Source of the DNA: Lachnospiraceae bacterium
GTDB taxonomy: Bacteria; Bacillota; Clostridia; Lachnospirales; Lachnospiraceae
Direction: 5' to 3'
Assembly (NCBI GenBank): GCA_024685315.1
Contig: JAIKVW010000020.1
Coordinates: forward strand, 7,385-71,384
Length of the DNA: 64,000 bases
Below are positions 27,174 through 35,109 of the stretch, piece by piece. Position numbers and translations under genes: made by a program. The notes beneath the pieces are model-generated. The model saw only the letters and a program-made list of their open reading frames with translations. It was not told the DNA's origin and did no database searches. The stretch's first letter is position 1. Every line of letters begins with the position of its first letter.

Positions 27174-28352
27174 TTAGAGCAGATGCATCAGTTCTTCAAA
27201 AGGTACCCCGTCGGTTACCGGCAGTCCCATTTCTATCGCCTTGCGGATGCAGCGCTTAATGAACTGCGAGGCCTTGTGCACGGAATCCTCGAAAGGCTCC
27301 CCGTTTACCGCGCCCGCGGCAACTATCGCGGTAAAAATATCCCCGGTCCCGGAGCGGCTGGTCCCGTTCTTGTGGGTCCTTATGATGTGGACCGGCTTCC
27401 CGGGCTCGTAGCACAGGTTCGCGATGAACCCGCCCTGCGGGATCCCGGTTATGACCACTTTTTCAGGCCCCATGAGGTTCAGTTTCTCGGCTACCGCGGT
27501 GAGGTCCCTGATGGACCAGTGATCCTCCTTGTAGGGCGTTCCGGTCAGGAAACAGGCCTCCGTGAGATTAGGTACCGTGATGTCCGCATATTTCAGCAGC
27601 TCCTTCATCCCCTCCACCATTTCCGCGGAATATGTCGGATAAAGCATCCCGTAGTCGCCCATGACCGGATCGACCACGTTGATCGTTCCCTCGGAATCGA
27701 ACTCGCAGAAAATATTCTTGACCAGCTCGATCTGGTCCGGGCTGCCAAGGAAGCCTGTCATTATAGCGTCAAACTTAAGCCCTAGTTTATGCCACTCATT
27801 CACGTAGGGGATGATGTTCTGGGTGAAATCCTGGTAGTAAAAGCTCTGAAACCCGGTATGGTTCGAAAATATCGAGGTCGGGAGCGGGCAGCACTGCACC
27901 TTCATCGCGGAAATGACCGGGACCGCGGCCGAAAGGGAGCACCTCCCGAAGCCGGTGAGGTCGTTGATCGCCATGATCTTCTTCTGGCGGTTGTGGTCCG
28001 CTCCTTTCATCGAGGGATAAAAGACCTGCTCTTTCCTGAGCTTCACGGTGCCCGGAGTCGCAGGGGCTTTAGACTCCTCCGGGACGTTCCTCGCCTGCTT
28101 TTTAACATAAAATCCGCTCCGCGGCACCGCGCGGATCAGCCCTTCCTCAAGAAGGCTCTGGTAGGCGTTCTGCACCGTGACCGTGCTCGCTCCCAGATGC
28201 TCCGCCATAGCAAGCTTCGATGGCAGCTTTTCCCCGGGATTAAGCTTACCGCCTTCTATCATCTGTTTAATTGACAAAGCGATATAATCAGTTTTGCTCT
28301 GTTTTCCTCTATCCGCCAGGATAATATCGCTGAATTTCTCTAAATCTGACAT
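27174..28352 (-). CDS. Fusion protein: GntR-type winged-helix DNA-binding domain plus pyridoxal/pyridoxamine kinase
   Basis: 392-aa ORF. N-terminus LPSKLAMAEHLGASTVTVQNAYQSLLEEGLIRAVPRSGFYV (GntR wHTH). After a roughly 50-aa linker comes a ribokinase-fold PdxK body (INDLTGFGRCS, VVDPVMGD, SRSGTGDIFTA). Confidence 0.8.
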   Translation of the reverse strand: MSDLEKFSDIILADRGKQSKTDYIALSIKQMIEGGKLNPGEKLPSKLAMAEHLGASTVTVQNAYQSLLEEGLIRAVPRSGFYVKKQARNVPEESKAPATPGTVKLRKEQVFYPSMKGADHNRQKKIMAINDLTGFGRCSLSAAVPVISAMKVQCCPLPTSIFSNHTGFQSFYYQDFTQNIIPYVNEWHKLGLKFDAIMTGFLGSPDQIELVKNIFCEFDSEGTINVVDPVMGDYGMLYPTYSAEMVEGMKELLKYADITVPNLTEACFLTGTPYKEDHWSIRDLTAVAEKLNLMGPEKVVITGIPQGGFIANLCYEPGKPVHIIRTHKNGTSRSGTGDIFTAIVAAGAVNGEPFEDSVHKASQFIKRCIRKAIEMGLPVTDGVPFEELMHLL

Positions 28353-28414
28353 AATTTTGCCCCATCTGGATATATTTACTGAAGTATATCCCAGTTGGGG
28401 CTTAAATGCAAATA

Positions 28415-29248
28415 TTATTTCTCGTGAACGTCGATCTGCGAGTACGGAATGCTGATCCCGAGCTCTTCGAGCGTCTTAACGACGGTTACGAGGGCGTTCC
28501 TTCTGATCTGGAATTTCTGCTGCGGATCGCAGACCGTCTTCAGGTAATAATTGATAGAGGAGTCGGCGATCGCGTTGATCCCGACGTATTCGCAGCTCTT
28601 CACGCCCTCCAGCGCTGAGGCTCTCTCTGCGATCTCCCTCATCGCTTTTTCAGACGACTCAAGGTCAAGCTCGTAGGGGAGCGGGACTTCCAGGAAAAAT
28701 ATGCCCTTCAGCACCGCGATCTGCTCGATATTCCGGTTGGCCACAGAGACCACGCTGTCTGTTCTGAGGTCCCTGATCTTCGTTGACCGGGGCCCGAACA
28801 CAAGCACAACGCCCTCGATGTCGCCGTACTGGACAACGTCCCCGACCTTGAAATACTCATCCGAAAGGATCGTCGTTCCCCGGATGATGTCCTTCAGCGC
28901 GTCCTGTACCGCAAGTCCGATCACGACGGATGCGATCCCGATCCCTGCAAGGAGCGAGCGGACATTGATATTATTTATCTCAAGGATGACCAGGAACGCA
29001 ATTATCGTGATCAGGTACCGCAGGAAATGGTCCGCCACCGCGGCATAGGCGCCGGTCCTGGCATTTTTCGTAAACTTCGCGCTCAGCTCGATGTACGTTC
29101 CGAGAATATACTTCTTGATGAGCTTGTACAGCAGTATTGCGACCACGATCACAATAATAGTGCTGACCACGTTTACCGAAAAGATCCTTTTCAGCGCTTC
29201 GGCAACATCATCGTAGCTTATATTCGTAGCTACTCCGAGTGAATCCAT
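28415..29248 (-). CDS. Small-conductance mechanosensitive channel (MscS family)
   Basis: 277-aa ORF. Three N-terminal TM helices, then the beta-domain block YFKVGDVVQYGDIEGVV. Confidence 0.8.
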   Translation of the reverse strand: MDSLGVATNISYDDVAEALKRIFSVNVVSTIIVIVVAILLYKLIKKYILGTYIELSAKFTKNARTGAYAAVADHFLRYLITIIAFLVILEINNINVRSLLAGIGIASVVIGLAVQDALKDIIRGTTILSDEYFKVGDVVQYGDIEGVVLVFGPRSTKIRDLRTDSVVSVANRNIEQIAVLKGIFFLEVPLPYELDLESSEKAMREIAERASALEGVKSCEYVGINAIADSSINYYLKTVCDPQQKFQIRRNALVTVVKTLEELGISIPYSQIDVHEK

Positions 29249-29519
29249 ATAAAAACCTCCGGATCGATTCTGCCTTCCGGCCCGTCAAAAGGCCCGGATT
29301 TTTCAAAAAACGGCAAAAAAGTTGAGCTTTTCACAATTTGTTAACAGGTTTTCTAAAATTTGCTCACAAATCGGGAGTAATATGATAATCGTAAAGGATA
29401 GCTGCATACACTTTACAAAGCATTACCAAATACTTCTTTTTCATATTCATGGCCGGGCGGCGAAAGCTTCCCGGCTCTCCTCCTCTTATGGAGCCGTTTT
29501 TCTAAAAGGACCCCGCGGA

Positions 29520-29846
29520 TCAGGTCTGCTTCCTGAGCTTCCCGTTGTACTCTTCGATCCCGCCGATGTCCGTCACATTCGTGTAGCCCATTTTCCTAAG
29601 CTTTTTCTCTGCCTCTTTGCTGCGCTTGCCGCTCTGGCAGTAAACAAATACCGGCGCGGATTTATCCCTCACCAGGGACTCTATCTTATCTATCTGCGAT
29701 AGAGGAAAACTCCTGGAACGCGCAAGGTTACCCTCGTTAAATTCGTATCTCTCGCGAACGTCAAGCAGGTATGCCCCGGGGGTCTCCAGAAACTTTCTGT
29801 AGCCTTCGCGAATGTCCTTCTTCTTTGCAAAATCAAATATTCCCAT
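29520..29846 (-). CDS. Rhodanese-like single-domain sulfurtransferase
   Basis: 108-aa ORF. Active-site loop VFVYCQSGKRS. Confidence 0.8.
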   Translation of the reverse strand: MGIFDFAKKKDIREGYRKFLETPGAYLLDVRERYEFNEGNLARSRSFPLSQIDKIESLVRDKSAPVFVYCQSGKRSKEAEKKLRKMGYTNVTDIGGIEEYNGKLRKQT

Positions 29847-29983
29847 GTCCGGTCTCCTCCAGCTGATTTCTTTGTAAAGTCTTTCTGGGATATCATATCA
29901 TATCTGAAGACAATAAAAAAGGACGCCCCCGGATCATATTGACCTGCCAGAGGCGTCCTCTGAATTCATTCTTTGCTCGCGGA

Positions 29984-30358
29984 TTATTCCAGAATCACAA
30001 TATCTGCTTCCGGAGCATTCTTCTTTACGGAAGCAACCCCGTTCTGGCAGCTCTTCATTGCCTTGTAGCCCTCACTGGTCGCGATGATCTGGCCATTTTT
30101 AGCTTTCAGGCGGAAACGGAACTCACCGGTCTTGTCAGTGTAGATCTCAAACTTCGGGTTTTTCTCTACAGTGAAGCCTTCTACGGTCTGATCCTCGATG
30201 GAAGCAAGAGGGGCATTTACTGCCACGCTGTTAACGCCCTTAAGGCATGTTGCCTTGGATTTGTAGGTCTGGGAGGTCGCAATGACCTGTCCGTTCCCTG
30301 CCTTAAGGTTGAACTTCATTCCACCGGATTTTGTGGTGCTAACTTCAAACTTAGCCAT
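29984..30358 (-). CDS. YegP-family protein (two DUF1508 repeats)
   Basis: 124-aa ORF. Repeated F.LKA.NGQ(V/I)IATS..Y.SK..C..GV.SV units. Confidence 0.8.
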   Translation of the reverse strand: MAKFEVSTTKSGGMKFNLKAGNGQVIATSQTYKSKATCLKGVNSVAVNAPLASIEDQTVEGFTVEKNPKFEIYTDKTGEFRFRLKAKNGQIIATSEGYKAMKSCQNGVASVKKNAPEADIVILE

Positions 30359-30515
30359 AACACTACCTTCTCTTTCATAATAAACACGAATAGCTGCTTC
30401 GTTTTTATTATAAAATCTCTTGAGACAATTTTCAATATTTTATTGCATTTTCTGAATATTTATTCGTGACATAGCCGGGTTTTCGAAGATTCGCGGCCCA
30501 GGATCCCTGATGTCC

Positions 30516-31007
30516 TTATACTGAGAACACTTCCGTATACACGGGCTTCCCATCCTTTATCTGGCTCTTCATGAGGGAGATCTTATCCACCGTCATCTCT
30601 CCCTTAGGCGCGGGCACCCTTTTCCAGTTACCGCCGGCCTTGCGGACCAGAGTGATATGAGGCACGAATTTCTTCCTGTCATAGGGGATCCCCGCTGAGT
30701 CAAGCGCCTCCCGAACGGCCCTCGCCGCAGCTGAAAGGCCCTGGTTTCCCTTCACTCCGGCATGAAGAATGTCCCCAAAGGCCGAAAGTTCAGACAGCGA
30801 AAGCCTGAAAGATTTATATTTTATACCTCTCAGGGCTTCCTTCACCGGCTCCGCGCTCTCCATCTCCCCGATGAAAGCAAGGGTTAGATGCAGGTTCTGG
30901 ACAGGTACGTATTTCCCGCTGACTCCTGCCTTTTTCAGCTCGTGAAGCGTGCCAGTGAGTTCCTTCTTCATTTCGTCCGACAGCCGGATCGCGATAAATA
31001 AGCGCAT
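30516..31007 (-). CDS. thpR: RNA 2',3'-cyclic phosphodiesterase (2H family, LigT/ThpR)
   Basis: 163-aa ORF. MRLFIAI start and two HxT motifs (NLHLTLAF, PHITLVR). Confidence 0.8.
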   Translation of the reverse strand: MRLFIAIRLSDEMKKELTGTLHELKKAGVSGKYVPVQNLHLTLAFIGEMESAEPVKEALRGIKYKSFRLSLSELSAFGDILHAGVKGNQGLSAAARAVREALDSAGIPYDRKKFVPHITLVRKAGGNWKRVPAPKGEMTVDKISLMKSQIKDGKPVYTEVFSV

Positions 31008-31022
31008 TTGTCTCCCTCCAAA

Positions 31023-31421
31023 CTAGTCAAAATCTTCCCACTGCTCCAGTATCCTGCCTATCAGAGAAAGGTCGGCAGGGAGCCAGTCCACCGAGTACAG
31101 CTCCTCCCGGGAAAGCCACCTGCTGTCCTCCGCCTCAAGGAGCGTCAGCCTGCCGCTTGAGACCCTGCACCAGAAGCAATCCATCGACAGGTGGAACCCC
31201 GGATAATCGTATTCGACGGTGTCTATCAGCTCTCCGACCGCGATCTCCGTGTCAAGCTCCTCGCGGATCTCACGCGCAAGTGCCTCCTGCGGGGTCTCGC
31301 CGGGCTCTATCTTCCCGCCCGGGAATTCCCAGCCGTCCTTGTACTCTCCGTATCCACGCTGCACCGCGAATATTTTTCCGCCGTTCCTGATGACTGCCGC
31401 CACCACGCGAACCGTTTTCAT
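31023..31421 (-). CDS. NUDIX hydrolase, MutT-like
   Basis: 132-aa ORF. Nudix box GGKIEPGETPQEALAREIREELD. Confidence 0.85.
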   Translation of the reverse strand: MKTVRVVAAVIRNGGKIFAVQRGYGEYKDGWEFPGGKIEPGETPQEALAREIREELDTEIAVGELIDTVEYDYPGFHLSMDCFWCRVSSGRLTLLEAEDSRWLSREELYSVDWLPADLSLIGRILEQWEDFD

Positions 31422-31430
31422 AGAATCCTC

Positions 31431-32306
31431 TCAGCCTTCCTCTTCCGCTTCCGCGGCGTTCCTGTTATGCCAGTCCTCCAGGAGTTCGTTCGCCTCGGTC
31501 CTCCTGATGATCTTTTTGATCAGCTCGTCCAGCGGCGAACCCTCAGTGTAATCCGCAGGCGCGAAATATTTGATCCTGTTCTCGCGCACCATTTTCCGCA
31601 CTTTTTCGCGGTCGTTGGTCTCCGGATCATACACGCCGACCGCGTGCCCGCCGTTGACGTTGACGAGCTTCATGCAGGGTATGTCTGTCTCGCTGTCTCC
31701 AATGTAGACCATGTTGCGGAACGGCACCCTTATCCTGTCAGGCGGGAAATAATTGTTTACCGCATCGTCGTTGATGTCCAGGACGCCCTTCTCGATCCTG
31801 AAAAGGAGCTGCGTTTTAGCCGTATAGTTGATGACCTGGGCGGGCCACTTTGCCACCCCGCGCTCATTGTAGTAAAAAGAGCTGGCGTAGATCTTCTCAA
31901 ATTCGCCCGCGATCCGGGTCCCCTCGATCATTTCCTTAAGTCCGGAGGAAATGATGTAGTGCTCGACGATGACTCCGTGCTCCTGCCCGTACTCCCGGAT
32001 CCGCGAAAACCACTCCTCCACGCCGGGGAAAAGGCTAACCCTGGAACCGTACTCCTCAAGGGCCTTCCTTGTAAGCACAAGGTTCCCCTCAGCCTCCTGG
32101 ACCATCTTCAGCATATAGGCAAGGTTGCTGTCCATCTCGTTGGCCTGAGCGACCGCGTTCGACTCTTTCCAGAATCTCTCCGCGTCAAAGCCTACCGACT
32201 GGATATACCCCTGCGCCTGCATATTGTCGGGGGAAAGGGTCTTGTCAAAATCGTAGCAAATCGCCAGAACAGGCCTGTCCTCCCTGGTCCTTCTGCAAAA
32301 TTCCAT
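31431..32306 (-). CDS. HAD-superfamily hydrolase
   Basis: DFDKTL motif I near the N-terminus and YIGDSETDIPCM motif IV. Start set at ATG 32304-32306 (MEFCRR), preceded by GAGGAA. The track start at 32366 would overlap bcp. Confidence 0.7.
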   Translation of the reverse strand: MEFCRRTREDRPVLAICYDFDKTLSPDNMQAQGYIQSVGFDAERFWKESNAVAQANEMDSNLAYMLKMVQEAEGNLVLTRKALEEYGSRVSLFPGVEEWFSRIREYGQEHGVIVEHYIISSGLKEMIEGTRIAGEFEKIYASSFYYNERGVAKWPAQVINYTAKTQLLFRIEKGVLDINDDAVNNYFPPDRIRVPFRNMVYIGDSETDIPCMKLVNVNGGHAVGVYDPETNDREKVRKMVRENRIKYFAPADYTEGSPLDELIKKIIRRTEANELLEDWHNRNAAEAEEEG

Positions 32307-32343
32307 ATCTGTTCCTCTGTCTGATAAATGACGTTTACGGATC

Positions 32344-32805
32344 TCAGCCCTGCTGCAGCGCGTCAAGCATCTCCTGGGGATTCTCCGCTGCCTTCACCTT
32401 GTCCATTGCCTTAATGATCACGCCCTCTTCGTCGATAAGGTAGGTGGTGCGGACGACGCCCATGGAGACCTTGCCGTAATTCTTCTTTTCCTTCCAGACG
32501 TCATATGCTTCCAGCACTTCATGCTCCGGGTCTGAAAGGATGGTGAAGGGAAGGCCGTACTTCTCCTCAAAGTTCTTGTGGGATTTCACGCTGTCCTTGC
32601 TCACGCCGAGCACCACAGCACCCTTCTCGGTGAACTGGGGATAGCGCTCCGCAAAGCCGCACGCCTGCTTCGTGCAGCCTGAAGTGTTGTCCTTGGGGTA
32701 GAAATAGAGAATGACTTTCTTCCCGCGGTAATCTTTGAGAGAATGTATTTCCCCGTTCTGATCCGGGAGGGTAAACTCCGGAGCCTTAATTCCTGTACTT
32801 AGCAT
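32344..32805 (-). CDS. bcp: Thiol peroxidase Bcp (peroxiredoxin)
   Basis: APEFTLPDQNG...VILYFYPKDNTSGCTKQAC active site. Start set at ATG 32803-32805 (MLSTG), 7 nt after AAGGAGG. The track start at 32823 lies inside that RBS. Confidence 0.9.
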   Translation of the reverse strand: MLSTGIKAPEFTLPDQNGEIHSLKDYRGKKVILYFYPKDNTSGCTKQACGFAERYPQFTEKGAVVLGVSKDSVKSHKNFEEKYGLPFTILSDPEHEVLEAYDVWKEKKNYGKVSMGVVRTTYLIDEEGVIIKAMDKVKAAENPQEMLDALQQG

Positions 32806-32952
32806 GATGCGGTCCTCCTTCATACGTAATTCTTTTTTCTGTCTCTATTATATCCCCGGGAAGGCCCAGAAATCAATTCGGGGATGCCGCATAAATACGG
32901 CATCCCCGAAGAGCTGCAGAGATTCGTTATATTGTGAAGGACATCTCCGCTG

Positions 32953-33627
32953 TTATTTCCTGTGCCTGCGCTTATAATCCTCCCTGATCTCCATGAGAGT
33001 TTCCTCGCTGTCAAGCGCTTCGGCCATCTCTTCCACGGAAGGGGCCTCCCTGACACAGCTGACAGTTTCCGACATGACCTTATAATTCAGCTCCACCCCA
33101 CGGCGGTCCTTTTCAAAATTCACAGCGTGTGTCGGCCTGATCCCTACCCTCTGCGCGGTGCTTATCGCGTCGATATCCGCTCCGAGGAACAGGAATTCCC
33201 ATCCGTACTTCTCCTGCATTTCCCTTACCATCCGGCGCACCCTGTCGTAACTGTAGTTCCTGCTGGCATTCTCCATCCCGTCCGTGGTGATGATGAATAG
33301 CGTCTTCTCCGGAACGTCCTCCTCCCTGGCGTACCTGCGTACATTGTAGATATGATGGATGGCCCCGCCTACAGCGTCCAGGAGCGCCGTGCAGCCTCTC
33401 ACATAGTACTGTCTGTCGGTCATGGGCTCTGCCTTCTGGATATCGGTCCTGTCGTAGAGGACTTCTGTACGGTCATCGAAAAGCACGACCGAAACATAGG
33501 CTTCCCCGTCCTCATTTTTCTGTTTTTCGAGAAGGGAATTGAACCCGCCGATAGTATCACCTTCCAGCCCTCTCATGGAACCGCTCCTGTCAAGAATAAA
33601 AACAAGCTCTGTTAAACCTTTCTTCAT
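32953..33627 (-). CDS. Cytoplasmic von Willebrand factor A (vWA) domain protein
   Basis: 224-aa ORF. MIDAS motif LVFILDRSGSM and a later IITTDGMEN block. No signal peptide or TM helix. Confidence 0.8.
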   Translation of the reverse strand: MKKGLTELVFILDRSGSMRGLEGDTIGGFNSLLEKQKNEDGEAYVSVVLFDDRTEVLYDRTDIQKAEPMTDRQYYVRGCTALLDAVGGAIHHIYNVRRYAREEDVPEKTLFIITTDGMENASRNYSYDRVRRMVREMQEKYGWEFLFLGADIDAISTAQRVGIRPTHAVNFEKDRRGVELNYKVMSETVSCVREAPSVEEMAEALDSEETLMEIREDYKRRHRK

Positions 33628-33708
33628 TTTCGTACCTCCTGCGCATTGCTCTTTGCCTCATCGGCCGTTTCTTTTTTCTTTCCGGGGACAGTATATCAGG
33701 AGGGAATT

Positions 33709-33741
33709 AAAAAACGGTCGCCGGTGAAGCGACCGTTTTTC
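33709..33741 (-). terminator. Rho-independent terminator closing the TIR/Macro operon
   Basis: ACGGTCGC (33714-33721) pairs with GCGACCGT (33729-33736). A/T runs flank both sides, and the minus strand reads stem-loop-stem-TTTTTT. It lies 26 nt downstream of the Macro-HTH stop. Confidence 0.65.
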
Positions 33742-33766
33742 ATGCAGGAACTTTCTCCGTTCCCCG

Positions 33767-35074
33767 TCATGTAATGATGCAGGGGATCCCGTGTTCCTCG
33801 AGCTGGATGTCAAGTTCGATCATGTCGTATATCTTGTTTTCTATGAAAAATGTGAAGATAATGTCCGTCTTGTCGCTGGGCGACAGGGCGTACCCTGCCC
33901 TCGCAAGCAGGTCCCTCGACTCATCCAGGTTCAGCTTCGCCCCAATGCACAGACACAGCGCGGTCAGCTTCTGAGGATGGTATTCCGGGTTGTTTTTTAT
34001 CTTGGAAAAGACCTTCTTGTCAATTATCGCCCGTTTGTAAACGTCTGCGTTTTCCATTCCCTTCCGCTCTATCAGGTAAAGCAGGTACTGCGAGAAGGTA
34101 TCGGCCCTGTGGGACATCCTCTCCCTCAGCTTCCGCTCCAGGGCTTCGTAATCGACTTCCGGCTCTTCGAAGGACTCGGAGGCACATTCAGCTTCTTCCT
34201 CATATAGATCGTCTTCAAACGATAACTCATCCTTTTTCGATACATCGAAGACCGGCCGGGGAGAGGAAGGACGCCGCCTCGCGTTATTAATAAAAATGCT
34301 GCTTCTGGGAGCCTTTTGTTTCTGTGCTTTTTCCTCAGGTGCCCGCGGATGGGTTCTGCTGCCGGAAGCAGGCATACTGGGCTTGCTTCCGCATAAGCCC
34401 GGCATATAGTCGTCCTTCCGCAGCTCTTCCTCTCTTCTCCGTAAAAACTCGGCCCTCCGCCTTTCCCGGAGCGCGATATCCTTTTCCGGATCGAAATCAT
34501 AAGAATGATACGCTCCGCCGTACTCCTCCCTGCGCTTCTCGTCAACATAATTCCTGCTGATATACTCCTCAAGCCCCGCGTAAAGGTTCCTCCCCATCGA
34601 AGTTGCCTTGTCATCGAATACTACAAGGTATATCTCCATATCAGAATGCAGGAGAAATGCGTGTATCTCGTCGACCGCGATCCTCATCCCTTCTTCCCTG
34701 GGATATCCGAATCCGCCGGTCGAGATCAGCGGGAAAGCAATCGACTGGATCCCGCGCTCCGCCGCGAGGTCAAGGCTCTTCCGGTAGCACGAACGCAGAA
34801 GCTCTTCCTCGCCGTGCTCACCGTCGATATAGAGCGGGCTCACCGCATGGATAATGTATTCTGCAGGAAGGTCAAAACCCGGGGTGATGAAGACTTCCCC
34901 TTCCGGGACCGCCCCGATATGCTCCTTGCGGTAATCAAGGAGCTTCTCATAGCCCGCGGCCTGATACACCGCATGGTCACAGCCCGTCCCCGCGACCGGT
35001 TCGGTATTCGCGGTGTTCACGATGGCCTGCGTTTCCATCCTGGTTATATCGTTCCTAACGATCTTAAATGACAT
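33767..35074 (-). CDS. Macro domain protein with charged low-complexity linker and C-terminal XRE-like HTH domain
   Basis: 435-aa ORF. N-terminal macrodomain blocks (AIVNTANTE, GTGCDHAVYQAAG, IIHAVSPLY, IAFPLISTGGFGYP). Arg/Glu/Pro-rich middle. C-terminus TFSQYLLYLIERKGMENADVYKRAIIDKKVFSKIKNN...LLARAGYALS looks like an HTH. GGGAGG RBS lies 9 nt before the ATG. The gene starts 35 nt after the TIR gene stop. Confidence 0.8.
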   Translation of the reverse strand: MSFKIVRNDITRMETQAIVNTANTEPVAGTGCDHAVYQAAGYEKLLDYRKEHIGAVPEGEVFITPGFDLPAEYIIHAVSPLYIDGEHGEEELLRSCYRKSLDLAAERGIQSIAFPLISTGGFGYPREEGMRIAVDEIHAFLLHSDMEIYLVVFDDKATSMGRNLYAGLEEYISRNYVDEKRREEYGGAYHSYDFDPEKDIALRERRRAEFLRRREEELRKDDYMPGLCGSKPSMPASGSRTHPRAPEEKAQKQKAPRSSIFINNARRRPSSPRPVFDVSKKDELSFEDDLYEEEAECASESFEEPEVDYEALERKLRERMSHRADTFSQYLLYLIERKGMENADVYKRAIIDKKVFSKIKNNPEYHPQKLTALCLCIGAKLNLDESRDLLARAGYALSPSDKTDIIFTFFIENKIYDMIELDIQLEEHGIPCIIT

Positions 35075-35109
35075 TTAAGAATTCCTCCCTTAAGTCAAAA
35101 CAATACTGT

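Noticed and set aside
31191-32324. 377-aa + strand ORF
   Set aside because: Antisense to the NUDIX and HAD genes. Shadow ORF.
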